Positions 20,046-30,682 of a DNA stretch of 64,000 bases are shown here, piece by piece. Made by a program: the position numbers and the translations under genes. The notes under the pieces are model-generated. The model worked only from the letters and a program-made list of their open reading frames with translations, made no database searches and was not told the origin of the DNA. The stretch is from Promethearchaeota archaeon (GTDB taxonomy: Archaea > Asgardarchaeota > Lokiarchaeia > Sigyniarchaeales > SOKP01). The stretch is taken from NCBI GenBank assembly GCA_016839555.1, contig JAEOUA010000001.1, forward strand, positions 96,001-160,000, written 5' to 3'. Every line of letters starts with the position of its first letter. Within the stretch, counting starts at the first letter, position 1.

Positions 20046-20972
20046 ATGGAAAATAGCGATTTAAAGGTCTTTAAACTTCTTTACTCTGGAGAAATAAAAG
20101 AACAAACGCTGGAAAGCGGAAACTTAGTAGATATTTTTTCTAATTTTAGCGTCTTAGCTTTTTATATCGGTAAAAATAAACGTTTATATACTTGGATAGG
20201 CGAAGATGCATCTAGAACCTTAAAAAATTATATTGTAAATATGCGACAAGCTTTTTCAGAAGAATATCCTTATATGAGAGTATTGAGATATATAACAGAG
20301 GATTCTATTGAATCTATGAGTGAGAATGATGAATTTTTCTCAGATATTGGGATTTTAAAAGAAAATATCGTTAAACATTTAGAATTGGAAAAAAGTAAGT
20401 ATGAAGAAGAACTTCAAACCAAAATAAATAATCTCAAAGAGGAAGCAGATTCGTTTTTTGAAAATGAAAACTTCGAAAAGGCTATTGAAATTTCAAAAAC
20501 GATAATTGAGCTTGCAAAAGAAACACAAGATAAAAAATTGATAGAGGATCAGGAAGCATTTATATCTGAAGCAGAAGCAAGAATGAAAGCAAAATTTATA
20601 TTAACAGAAATTAGAGAAGAAAGTAAAAAAATTAAAAAAAGATATTTAGAAGCAAAAAAGAATAATATACAGATTAAAGCATTATATAATTATGTTCAAA
20701 CATTTAAGAAAAATTATGAGCAATATCTTACTTTGCCTGCCTTAGAAACTATACAGAGATTAATTTTAAATGTGGAAGAACTATGGTCTGAATATTTTTC
20801 TAAAATAAAGAAACAAGACCAAATAGAAGAAGATATGGAAATAATCAATTCTCTTAGGGAAAAAGGTAAGGATAAATTGAATAAGGGATCTTTATCGGAA
20901 GCTCATAAATATTTTGAAAAAATAACGGTTAAAATTAATAAACTTTTAAAAAAGACTAGTGAGAATATATGA
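20046..20972 (+). CDS. Gelsolin-like domain plus TPR/MIT-like helical protein
   Basis: N-terminal VLAFY...RLYTWIGEDAS...ENDEFF gelsolin-like pattern; helical unit KINNLKEEADSFFENENFEKAIEISKTIIELA. Confidence 0.65.
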   Translation: MENSDLKVFKLLYSGEIKEQTLESGNLVDIFSNFSVLAFYIGKNKRLYTWIGEDASRTLKNYIVNMRQAFSEEYPYMRVLRYITEDSIESMSENDEFFSDIGILKENIVKHLELEKSKYEEELQTKINNLKEEADSFFENENFEKAIEISKTIIELAKETQDKKLIEDQEAFISEAEARMKAKFILTEIREESKKIKKRYLEAKKNNIQIKALYNYVQTFKKNYEQYLTLPALETIQRLILNVEELWSEYFSKIKKQDQIEEDMEIINSLREKGKDKLNKGSLSEAHKYFEKITVKINKLLKKTSENI

Positions 20973-23449
20973 GTGAAAAATTGGATGATATTTTTAAGGA
21001 ATTTGAAGATGTCTTTTTAGGTAGAGAAAATGAGATAAAAAAATTCCTCTTAAAATATAAAAAAGATGCCTTTATAAAGCAAGATGTTATCAATGTAGAA
21101 AGAATTGATGCCACGTATAGGCTTGAGACCTCAGGATATAGAAAGAATTTATCTATGTGGCAAAATTTTTATAAAAATCTTATTGTTAGCGTATGCATGG
21201 AAATTAAGCGCAAACAAAGACGTTTTGATTACAAATTCTTTTTTACTGAAGAAAAACTTGATTCAGAACTATTAGAAAAAGTAGAAGAGATTATTAAAGA
21301 AGTAAATAAATTAAAAGCTAGGGCAAAATTTTCAGAAGCGTTAGAGAAAATAGATTTAATAGAAGAAATGGTAGCTGATACACAAGATAAATATTTTAAT
21401 GCACAATTGAGGAATCTACGCCAAGAAATTAAAATTGCTGAAGAAGATTATAATAAAAAATTACAAAGAATAAAAAACTTAGAGTCTGCATTAGAAGAAG
21501 AGAGGCAAAAGCAAAATTATGATAAGGCATTAGATATTTGTGAAGAAATTGTAATCATTGCAGAATCAATCAATCAAAAACAAGTACAAAAAAAATATGA
21601 AGATCTAATTCAAGAATTAACTAGAGAAAAAATTAAAGGACAAATTAATAAATTAAATGAAAAAGCTGAGGAAGCCAGAAAATCCAAAAAGTTCAAAATA
21701 GCAATAGATTTATATAATCAAATTATAAAGCTAGCAGAGTCTGCTGGATTAACTGAAGAAAAGGAGAAATATACTAAAAAAATAGAAGAGACTAATCGTG
21801 AACTAATTAAAAAAGAAATTAATGAATTAGAACAAAAAGTTGATAAAAATAGAAAAGCAGGAAGACGTTTTGTTGCGATATCTAATTGTAATGAAATCAT
21901 TGAGCTTGCAGAGTCAATCAATTTAACTGAGATTAAAGAAAAAACTCTTCAAAAAATCGATGAAATTAAAAAAGAAATGGATCAAGTAAGAAAAAGAGAA
22001 GAAATTGAAAATAAAATCGCTATGTTGGAGAAGGAATTTGCAGAGAGTAAAAAAAATGAAAATTATGAAGAATCTTTAGAAATTACTTTAGAAATTATTG
22101 AATTAGCTAGTTCCATTGATGATAAAGAAACTTGGAAAAAATATACCCAAATAAAAGATGAAATAATAACAAAATTAGAAGAAAAAGAGAAGTCAAAACA
22201 ACAAGAAATTATTGAAGATAAAATAAGAGACTTAGAAGCACAAATAGAAGAAAATCGAAAATCAAATAATCTTGAAAATATTATTATACTTTCAAATACA
22301 ATAATAGAACTCAGTGATTCGATTGAAAGGGATGATATTAAAAAACAATATCAAGAATTGATAGAAAAAATCAAAAAAGAACTCGAGCAAAAGAGAAAGA
22401 AAGAACAAACTGAAGATATTAAACATAAAAAAATATCTGAGCTCCAAAAGATTATTAATGAAAGAGTCCAAAAAAAGGAAAAGGAGCAAGAAGAATTATT
22501 TAATAATGCTAAAAAATTCGAGGATATGATTCAGCTAGAGGAAAATGTCATGCTTATCATTGAGGAATATTCCGTTGATGAGATTATAGGAGATATTTCT
22601 GATGATATAAATCAGATAATAGAAAAATTAAATATTTTACTTAATGAGCATAGAGTCGAAATAAAGGAAAATATTAAAAGTGAATCGGTTTTAATCAGCG
22701 CATCAGGAGAAATTATAGAGTTAGATGATGAAATTAAAGTGGAAAAAGTGGAAGAGGAAGAAGAAACAATATTTAATGTTACATCGGGGTTTGAAAATCC
22801 ATTTGATGATATGATTGAAGAAGCAATTATTACGGATTTAATTCCATATAATTTCGCAATCAATAATGTAGAATTTAATGGAGAGGAAGTTAAAGAATTA
22901 AATAACACACTTTTATTAAAAGATGGGCTCGAAGTGAAATGGCAATTAAAAAATATTAATAAAAATGAACGCGTTGATATTAAATATGATTTAAGAAAGA
23001 GAATATCACGAACAATTCTATTTTTACTCGAAGATCAAGTTAAAATTTTTAAAACTCATTCAAAAATTAAAGAGTCTATACCAAAAGTAGAGGGTCTTTA
23101 CGATGCTAAAATGCCTTTTAAGAATTCCTATGATAAAGCTTTAAATGGATTAGTAATAGAAGATATTATTCCACTTTATTATGTTCATACTATACGAGAA
23201 CCCACTGTATATTTACCTCAAGAGAACGAAACAAATCAAGGAAGTATGGTAAAATGGAATATCGGAAAATTAGAACCTACTAAAATTAAGTACCATTATA
23301 AATTATTAGAGTTGTATAAATTAGAAGAATTAAAAGCTTTAATATATAAATTAGATAAAGAAGGGTTTGCAGCTCTTAAAAAAGATGAAATAATTGAATC
23401 ACTAAAAAAATATAATGAAATCACCAAGATATTGAAAGACTTTATCTAA
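20969..23449 (+). CDS. Large helical-repeat protein with two C-terminal beta-sandwich-like domains
   Basis: About six ~60-aa three-helix repeats; C-terminal I-x-D-x-IP...V-x-W-x-[LI] motif occurs twice. ATGA overlap with the upstream gene. Confidence 0.7.
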   Translation: MSEKLDDIFKEFEDVFLGRENEIKKFLLKYKKDAFIKQDVINVERIDATYRLETSGYRKNLSMWQNFYKNLIVSVCMEIKRKQRRFDYKFFFTEEKLDSELLEKVEEIIKEVNKLKARAKFSEALEKIDLIEEMVADTQDKYFNAQLRNLRQEIKIAEEDYNKKLQRIKNLESALEEERQKQNYDKALDICEEIVIIAESINQKQVQKKYEDLIQELTREKIKGQINKLNEKAEEARKSKKFKIAIDLYNQIIKLAESAGLTEEKEKYTKKIEETNRELIKKEINELEQKVDKNRKAGRRFVAISNCNEIIELAESINLTEIKEKTLQKIDEIKKEMDQVRKREEIENKIAMLEKEFAESKKNENYEESLEITLEIIELASSIDDKETWKKYTQIKDEIITKLEEKEKSKQQEIIEDKIRDLEAQIEENRKSNNLENIIILSNTIIELSDSIERDDIKKQYQELIEKIKKELEQKRKKEQTEDIKHKKISELQKIINERVQKKEKEQEELFNNAKKFEDMIQLEENVMLIIEEYSVDEIIGDISDDINQIIEKLNILLNEHRVEIKENIKSESVLISASGEIIELDDEIKVEKVEEEEETIFNVTSGFENPFDDMIEEAIITDLIPYNFAINNVEFNGEEVKELNNTLLLKDGLEVKWQLKNINKNERVDIKYDLRKRISRTILFLLEDQVKIFKTHSKIKESIPKVEGLYDAKMPFKNSYDKALNGLVIEDIIPLYYVHTIREPTVYLPQENETNQGSMVKWNIGKLEPTKIKYHYKLLELYKLEELKALIYKLDKEGFAALKKDEIIESLKKYNEITKILKDFI
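21272..22410 (+). repeat. Six degenerate ~58-69 aa protein repeats
   Basis: Consensus IxxLExxxExxRKxxNYxxAIxIxxEIIELAESIxxxExxxKYxxxIxEI, visible in the translation. Confidence 0.7.
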
Positions 23450-23485
23450 GATAGAAACCTTGCTTTGTTTAAATATTCTCTATTT

Positions 23486-23962
23486 TTATCCTCTTAAAGT
23501 AGCTATGATTGTTTTTTCATCCAATAAAAAATCTATCGCATCATTAGGATTGGTAAAAATGACATCCGCATTCATTAAACTTTTCCCACTTGCTCCCTCA
23601 CTTCCTATTATTAGAATTCCCAAAGCTGCATTTTTAAGCATTAACATGTCATTATTGCCATTACCAATTGCTATTGTATTTTCTTTTCCCAATTTTAATA
23701 ATTCTTTATTTTTTGCTTCTGCATCTGTTTGATTTCCTGTATTTATTCTAATATATTTAGAATCTAATTTCTTAGCCAATTCATTTAAATTACCACGCGT
23801 ATCTGATGATATCAGAAAAATATTATAGTGCCGTTTTAAAGCTCTAAATTTTTCTATTAATTTATTTGAGATTTTTCCATTAAATTGTAGGGTGCCATTG
23901 ATATCAAAAATGATGTTGCTTATTTCAAGTAAACCAAAATGAGGAATATTAACTTTCTTCAT
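23486..23962 (-). CDS. HAD hydrolase (soluble P-type ATPase-like)
   Basis: FDINGTL, SSDTRG, AIGNGNND...AALG, EGAS. Confidence 0.85.
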   Translation of the reverse strand: MKKVNIPHFGLLEISNIIFDINGTLQFNGKISNKLIEKFRALKRHYNIFLISSDTRGNLNELAKKLDSKYIRINTGNQTDAEAKNKELLKLGKENTIAIGNGNNDMLMLKNAALGILIIGSEGASGKSLMNADVIFTNPNDAIDFLLDEKTIIATLRG

Positions 23963-24024
23963 ATATTTTCAAGTTTTCTATAATTAATTAAATTTTAATA
24001 TTGGTTATTTTTAATAACATTGTA

Positions 24025-25542
24025 ATGTCTAAAAAACAAAAAATAAATCAAGTAATATTATTAATTATTGATGATGTAAAATCTTCACAATTCTTTGAAT
24101 TATTAGATGGGGGAAAGCTTCCCAATTTTAAAGAATTAATAGAAAATGGATCTTTCTGCAAAGATTGCATAACTTCCTTTCCGAGTGTAACATTTCCTTG
24201 CTATCCTAATATCATTACTGGAGCATATTCGGGATATTATCTAAAAGAAGGAAGCGGAATTCCATCTTATCATTGGGTTGCCCGAACAGACCCTCCCTCT
24301 ATAAAGAAAAAACTACCATTTATACGAAACTACTCAATCGGTACTCATATATTTAAAATAGGTTCCGATTTGGGGGATAATGTGAAGACTATTTTTGAAC
24401 AGGCAGGCGAAGGAAACTTTCTCAGTTCTTTAAATATCGTATATCGCGGCTCTTATATTGTACCTCCCACAACATTTAATACGGAGAATGTTTTCAAAAA
24501 TATCGAAAAGGCGTTTATCCAGCCCGAAAAATTTTTCGAAATAAGGGAAGTTCCCAAGATAACAGTAGGATATATTCCTAAAACGGACGAGTTATTGCAT
24601 GATTTTGGATTTGATCATCCAGACTATATAAATGAGATATTGAAATGTGATAAATATTTTGGTTCTCTCATTAATGTTTTAAAAAAAGGGGGATATTATG
24701 ATTCAACCGCATTATGTATAATCTCTGATCATGGAAACTATAAAGTTAAAAACCTCTATGATCTTGAACCTTTTTTCGAAAGAAAAGGACTTATTCCTTA
24801 TAATCCTAAAAAAAAAAGGGGCGATTTTGATGCTAATTTTGGTTCTATAGGTCATTTTAATTTTCCAGGTGATACATGGCATCATCATCCAACAATAAAC
24901 CAAATGAAAAATTTTTCTCCAAGTGGGAAAAGTAATAAATTGAATTTATTTGAAACGCTTTGGGAGATTCCGGGAGTTAAATTAATGTATTATAGGGATG
25001 ATGAAAATACGCCAGAACGAGGTAAAATTTATATCAAAGAAAAAAGTGAAAAAGATGGAAAATTAAGAGAAGGATTAATTGAGTATAGAGGATTCGGAAA
25101 GGAATTAGAGACTAAATATACTTTTTATGATGAACATGAAATATATGGTTATGAAAAAAGTGAAAAATCTGCAACATTACTTGATAATAATTTTCATAAT
25201 ATAGAGGATTGGCTTTCTGGGACGTATAATATTGATTTTCCAATGGTTAGTGATCAAATTTCACGCTATTTTAAAAATCCTCGTTGTTGCGATATTTTAA
25301 TATCCACTAAAGGAGAATATGGGTTTAATTATGAGCATGGGGAAACTAAAAACGAACATGTCTATTCACATGATATTGGATTAAAGAAATCTATGACTGT
25401 ACCGATGATAATAGGAGGGTCACAAAATATTCCTCAAACTGAATTGACCTACTGTAAAACAACTGATATTGTTCCTACTCTTTTAAATCTGTTAGGAATT
25501 ACACCACATAAGAGCGTGATTGGAAAAAATCTCTTTAAATAA
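24025..25542 (+). CDS. Alkaline phosphatase superfamily (nucleotide pyrophosphatase/phosphodiesterase-like)
   Basis: IIDD, FPSVTFP (Thr nucleophile), DELLH, SDHG, HD, DIVPT. The ATG at 24025 is preferred over the TTG at 24001. Confidence 0.85.
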   Translation: MSKKQKINQVILLIIDDVKSSQFFELLDGGKLPNFKELIENGSFCKDCITSFPSVTFPCYPNIITGAYSGYYLKEGSGIPSYHWVARTDPPSIKKKLPFIRNYSIGTHIFKIGSDLGDNVKTIFEQAGEGNFLSSLNIVYRGSYIVPPTTFNTENVFKNIEKAFIQPEKFFEIREVPKITVGYIPKTDELLHDFGFDHPDYINEILKCDKYFGSLINVLKKGGYYDSTALCIISDHGNYKVKNLYDLEPFFERKGLIPYNPKKKRGDFDANFGSIGHFNFPGDTWHHHPTINQMKNFSPSGKSNKLNLFETLWEIPGVKLMYYRDDENTPERGKIYIKEKSEKDGKLREGLIEYRGFGKELETKYTFYDEHEIYGYEKSEKSATLLDNNFHNIEDWLSGTYNIDFPMVSDQISRYFKNPRCCDILISTKGEYGFNYEHGETKNEHVYSHDIGLKKSMTVPMIIGGSQNIPQTELTYCKTTDIVPTLLNLLGITPHKSVIGKNLFK

Positions 25543-25616
25543 ATGGATAAAGCTTTATTCTAGATTTTTTAATAAAAACTATTTTAAATAACATTCATTT
25601 TACAAATTGAGAAAAA

Positions 25617-26075
25617 ATGGAAAAAGATCGTAGAAAAACTATATTTTCTGAAGAAGAAAAGAAATTAATCCAATCATTAAAACAAGAACTTAGGTTGATG
25701 GGAATACCCCGAAATGAATGGGCGAGTTATATTCAACAAGAGCTTACTTATCATAGAAATAAGAAAAATCGAAAATCACCTTTGAAAAAGGAATTGGGAG
25801 TTTTAGGCTTCTTTAAAAAAATCTGGGATAAGATAATTAGCTTCTTTTTTAAATCAGCAATAAAGAGATTTACAAAAGATGGAGATTTTATTGAACAATT
25901 TCAAAAATATCTTGAAGAACCCTACCAATTTTCTGAAGAAGAAAAAAAAATTGTGGAGATGTTAAATCCTCAAGTATATTTTAACAATGTTAGCGATTTA
26001 GGGAAAGGAAGAGGAACATTTAAGAAAAAAGGAGAAGAAACAATAGTAGACTTTGATGATGAGATGACTGATTGA
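25617..26075 (+). CDS. Hypothetical protein
   Basis: 152-aa ORF with an amphipathic helix GFFKKIWDKIISFFF; no family recognised. Confidence 0.65.
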   Translation: MEKDRRKTIFSEEEKKLIQSLKQELRLMGIPRNEWASYIQQELTYHRNKKNRKSPLKKELGVLGFFKKIWDKIISFFFKSAIKRFTKDGDFIEQFQKYLEEPYQFSEEEKKIVEMLNPQVYFNNVSDLGKGRGTFKKKGEETIVDFDDEMTD

Positions 26076-26345
26076 ATTCTATTTTTTTTTTATTTAATTT
26101 TATCTAAACTTCATAAAGAAAAAATAATGAATTTTTAATAATTTTAATTGACATCAAGTTTAACTTAAATTTCATAAAACATTTAAAATTTCTAAATTAT
26201 ATCTTTCTATTAATTATAATGATTAGATATACTTTTAATTTAAGAATTATAAAATTATCAAAATCCAAAAAACTTTTTATGTGAAAACATTTTTTTTCCT
26301 AAAAATTTAATATATATCTAACATAATCAACTGAGCTAAAAGAAA

Positions 26346-27650
26346 ATGCAGATTGATTCTTTAGTAGAGCAATCGAATAATAATATAAAGGTTATTAATA
26401 AAATAAAAACAAAAAATTACATATCTTGGATAGATATAATGAGGGGGATTGGTATTATAATTATTATCTTCCATCATGTGGGATTAAATGTTTTTCTAGG
26501 GTCAGGGGCTTTATCATATGAGTTTTACGATAATATCCTTTATTATTCAGTAATACCTGTTTTTATTTTTTTATCAGGATATACTATGTATATTAATTAT
26601 AATGAAATTAGTAATTATAAAACATATTTCAAAAAAAAATTTAAATATATAATTCCCAATTATCTTATATGGGGAATTCCCACCTGCTTTTTTTTCTTAC
26701 TATTTACGTTATCTTCTAATTTAGATTTTATTTCCTTATTAATAACTACTGTTTTAAGTGTATTAACAGGAAATATATGGATAATTTATTTTATTTATGT
26801 TATAATTCAGCTCTATATTATCTATCCCTTGATATTAAAGATAATAAATAGAATAAAAAAACCATTTATTTATTTTATAATTTATATCTTATTACTTTTA
26901 ATTATCTTCATCATCTCGATCTATTTAATTGATGTGGCATCACTTTCGAAACTTGCTTTAAAGATTCCACTAAATCAACAGGCAAATTTGAATTTATATA
27001 TTTTAAGATATACTCCAATATCAGTTACTTATCTAGAATATCTTTCAATTTTTATTTTTGGTATATTATGCGCTAAATATAAAAGTAATATTTCAAATTT
27101 GAAGCACCATAAAGCAATAATAGTTTTATTGGTTCCCATCTTTATCTTGCTTTACTTTACTGTGAGTGGATATCACGTAAATCCTGTAATGTGGACATCA
27201 TCCTCCCAACCAGTAAAGATATACCCGAAATTCGAAGAATATTTTGGATGCTTCCTAAATATTATAGCACAACTCATCTACCTTTTTATGATATATTCAT
27301 TTTTTTCCAAAATAAAATTCTCTAGTAATACGATTGAAAAAGAAAATATTGAAAGAAGAAAAGTTAATGAAAAAAGTATAAAATTGAAATTTAAGAGATT
27401 AAATAATAAAATAAAATTAATTCTATGGAAAGTAGGAATATATTCAGCAGGTATCTATTATATGCATTTTTTTACTCTATACTTTTTCTTATCAATTCAA
27501 AATCTAATATTGTCCAAATTAATCCCAAATCTTTATATTCTATTTTTAATAAGATTTTTCGGGTTATTGTTTCTTATAGCTATATCCTATCTATTAGTTA
27601 ATTATTTAAGTAAAAATATAAAGAGGTCAAGATATATAATCGGTGTTTGA
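26346..27650 (+). CDS. Acyltransferase family 3 membrane protein
   Basis: WIDIMRGIGI-x4-FHH, IPVFIFLSGY, YS-x-GIYYMH; about 10 TM segments. Confidence 0.85.
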   Translation: MQIDSLVEQSNNNIKVINKIKTKNYISWIDIMRGIGIIIIIFHHVGLNVFLGSGALSYEFYDNILYYSVIPVFIFLSGYTMYINYNEISNYKTYFKKKFKYIIPNYLIWGIPTCFFFLLFTLSSNLDFISLLITTVLSVLTGNIWIIYFIYVIIQLYIIYPLILKIINRIKKPFIYFIIYILLLLIIFIISIYLIDVASLSKLALKIPLNQQANLNLYILRYTPISVTYLEYLSIFIFGILCAKYKSNISNLKHHKAIIVLLVPIFILLYFTVSGYHVNPVMWTSSSQPVKIYPKFEEYFGCFLNIIAQLIYLFMIYSFFSKIKFSSNTIEKENIERRKVNEKSIKLKFKRLNNKIKLILWKVGIYSAGIYYMHFFTLYFFLSIQNLILSKLIPNLYILFLIRFFGLLFLIAISYLLVNYLSKNIKRSRYIIGV

Positions 27651-27730
27651 AATAATCACTATAATTATTTATGAAAGATTCTATTTTATGAATTTTTTAA
27701 ATTTAAATTAAAAAAAAACCATTTTTAATA

Positions 27731-30529
27731 ATGAAGTCTAATAAAATTGTTTTGGTTCCAGAAACTCATTGGGATAGAGAATGGTATCTTCCTTTTCAAG
27801 AATTTCGAGCAAGACTAGTTATTATGATGGATAAATTATTAAACATCTTAAAAAACGATCCTGATTATGCAAACTTTACTTTTGATGGACAAACGATACC
27901 TATTGAAGATTATTTAGAAGTTAGACCAGATAAAGAAGAAGAAATTAAAAATTATGTCCAAGAAAATCGTCTTTCAATAGGTCCATTCTATGTCTTAGCA
28001 GATGAATTTCTGGTTAGTGGTGAATCTCTAATAAGAAATTTAATGATTGGACATCAAATTGCAAGAGATTATGGTCGGGTGATGAAAGCTGGCTACATTC
28101 CGGATCCTTTTGGTCATTGCGCTCAATTACCTCAGATCTTGAAGGGTTTTGAAATTCCTTCTGTATTATTCTGGAGAGGATTTGGTAATGAATTTGAGGA
28201 AAATAATTTGAATATGGAATTTAACTGGGAATCTCCTGGAAAGGCAGCTACTCTCTTGGCTATTCATCTAATTTCAAGCTATGGGTCTCTTGCTGATCTT
28301 AAAACCAAGAAAGTAAATGGAACTTATAAAAGGGCATTGCGTAGCATTAGACGAATAGTATCGCAATTAGAAAAGTATACTGCTACACCTATTATTCTAC
28401 TTAATAATGGTTCTGATCATGATGAAGCACAACCAGAAATACCAGAGATTATCCAACAATGGAATAAAAAAAATCCTGATAAAAAAATAGTGCAACGGGA
28501 TTTTGAATATTATATAGATAAGGTGCTTGAATATAATCCTAAATTAAATACATATCAGGGAGAACTAAGGGGTGGAAGATATGCTCATCTTCTTTCCGGT
28601 GTATTTTCAGCTAGGATGTGGATTAAACAAAGAAATACTAAAATCCAATATCTTTATGAGACGTATGCAGAGCCTTTAAGTGCCATAACATGGGTATTAG
28701 ATAATAAAGGAGAATTTGATTATCCATCTGATTATATTCAAACGGGATTGAAATGGTTAATCAAGAATCATCCTCATGATAGTATATGTGGATGTTCTAT
28801 TGACCAAGTACATGAGGAAATGAAAACAAGATTTGATTGGGCAGAACAAATAGGCAAAGAAATTATTAAAAATTCTGTAGGTTATTTGAGTAGCTTAATT
28901 CAAACCTCAACTGACAATAAAGATTTAATACCATTAATTGTATATAATCCTTTACCTTGGAAAAGAAAAGATGTGGTAATTTTTAATGCAATAACTCCAT
29001 CAAAAAATAAAAGTCACTTTCCTACCAATTTTACTTTAATTGATTATAAAGGGAAGGAAATAAAATACCAAGGATATTTAATAGTAGAAGAGCCAAGATA
29101 TGACCAAGAATCCAATATTAGTGGAACATTTACCTTTTTAGCAGAAGTTCCCGCTTGTGGATATAAAAGGTATTATATTAATCCAAATCAAAACCCATCC
29201 TATTTAAATGAAAAAGAAAATGAGTTGACCTCGAATTCAAATGAAAATTCTATAGAAAATGAATTTTATAAGATAAAAATTAATAATGAAGGAAATATTA
29301 AAGTTTTAGATAAAGAGACAGGAACTTGGTATAATCAAATATGCTTTTTCGAAGATAAAGGTGATTGGGGAGATGAATATGATTTTTCCGGGCCAAATGA
29401 TAATCAAATAGATATAGAATTTACATCTGATAACGCGATTATTTTAAAGGTTTCTAAATTACTTGATGGACCAATTTATAAGTCAATTACCCTAAAAAAT
29501 AATTTAAAACTACCCATTTCTCTAACCGAAAATAGAGAAAGAAGAGAAGACATTTTTATAGATAATAATATTGAAGTTAACATTTCTCTTTATCAAGGGA
29601 TTAAAAGAATTGATTTTAAGATTAATGTTGAAAATAATAGCAAAGATCATAGATTAAGGGTATTATTTCCTTCTAATATTAAAACTGATAAAATGTATGC
29701 TGATGGACATTTTTATATAATACCCAGGCAAATTGAATTGCCAAGTGGAAAAAATTGGGTTCAGCAACCTCTTCCTACAAATCATCAAAAGGATTTTGTT
29801 TCCATTTCAGATAATAAGAGATGTTTTTCTGTTATTAACAAGGGGCTTCCCGAATATGAAGCAATTAAAAATGGGGATGGCACTATTACATTGGCTATCA
29901 CATTATTAAGGTGCGTTGAATGGCTTTCAAGAGATGATTTTAAAACTCGAAATTCTCACGCAGGTCCTCAATTAAGAACTCCTGGAGCACAATGTTTAGG
30001 AAATCATACTTTCGAACTCTCCTTAGTAATAGAAGGAGCAAAAACCAATTGGTTGGATGCAAAAATTCATCTAAAAGGGAAAGAGTTTAATAATTCATTA
30101 ATGCCAGTATTTCCATCCATGATTAATTCTGATCTGAGATTGATGGATAAAATAGTTCTTAATCCAACAGGAATATTATCCTTATATCTGGAATCCAGCA
30201 AAATGGAAAGAAAACCTTTTTTGCCCCCAATATTAAGTTTTATTGAAATAGATAATAAAGCGGTTTTAATAAGCGCCTTGAAAAAGGCGGAAAATAGTAA
30301 TAGTTTGATCCTCAGAGTTTATAATATATCTGATAAAAAACAAGACACATCTCTAACGTTGTGTGACTCAATTAAGGTAAGTAATGTTTCAATAGTAAAT
30401 TTCTTGGAAGAAACTCCTAAGCATCATATTAAAGCAAATGTAGAAAAAAAGACCAATCACCAAATAAAGCTTAATCTAGGACCACACGTGATTGCAACAT
30501 TAAAAATTGATTTCGAATTTATAACATGA
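27731..30529 (+). CDS. GH38 alpha-mannosidase / mannosylglycerate hydrolase-like
   Basis: THWDREWY, FDGQT, DEFLVSGESLIRN, PDPFGH, GSDH, HDSICGCS. Confidence 0.92.
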   Translation: MKSNKIVLVPETHWDREWYLPFQEFRARLVIMMDKLLNILKNDPDYANFTFDGQTIPIEDYLEVRPDKEEEIKNYVQENRLSIGPFYVLADEFLVSGESLIRNLMIGHQIARDYGRVMKAGYIPDPFGHCAQLPQILKGFEIPSVLFWRGFGNEFEENNLNMEFNWESPGKAATLLAIHLISSYGSLADLKTKKVNGTYKRALRSIRRIVSQLEKYTATPIILLNNGSDHDEAQPEIPEIIQQWNKKNPDKKIVQRDFEYYIDKVLEYNPKLNTYQGELRGGRYAHLLSGVFSARMWIKQRNTKIQYLYETYAEPLSAITWVLDNKGEFDYPSDYIQTGLKWLIKNHPHDSICGCSIDQVHEEMKTRFDWAEQIGKEIIKNSVGYLSSLIQTSTDNKDLIPLIVYNPLPWKRKDVVIFNAITPSKNKSHFPTNFTLIDYKGKEIKYQGYLIVEEPRYDQESNISGTFTFLAEVPACGYKRYYINPNQNPSYLNEKENELTSNSNENSIENEFYKIKINNEGNIKVLDKETGTWYNQICFFEDKGDWGDEYDFSGPNDNQIDIEFTSDNAIILKVSKLLDGPIYKSITLKNNLKLPISLTENRERREDIFIDNNIEVNISLYQGIKRIDFKINVENNSKDHRLRVLFPSNIKTDKMYADGHFYIIPRQIELPSGKNWVQQPLPTNHQKDFVSISDNKRCFSVINKGLPEYEAIKNGDGTITLAITLLRCVEWLSRDDFKTRNSHAGPQLRTPGAQCLGNHTFELSLVIEGAKTNWLDAKIHLKGKEFNNSLMPVFPSMINSDLRLMDKIVLNPTGILSLYLESSKMERKPFLPPILSFIEIDNKAVLISALKKAENSNSLILRVYNISDKKQDTSLTLCDSIKVSNVSIVNFLEETPKHHIKANVEKKTNHQIKLNLGPHVIATLKIDFEFIT

Positions 30530-30682
30530 TTCCCAATGATTAGAGTATTTAATTTTCAATGTCATGAAAATGTCTAATAGACCTTAAATGTTTAATTAAT
30601 CCATAAAGCGATTAGTTATCATGGTAAGGATCTTCAAATTTTAATTAAATGATTGCTTTAATAATCTAAGGTGAATTAAAAT

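Noticed and set aside
19874-20056. 60-aa ORF between the beta-rich gene and the gelsolin-like gene
   Set aside because: Composition (F/Y/K/I/L) is typical of translated AT-rich promoter DNA.
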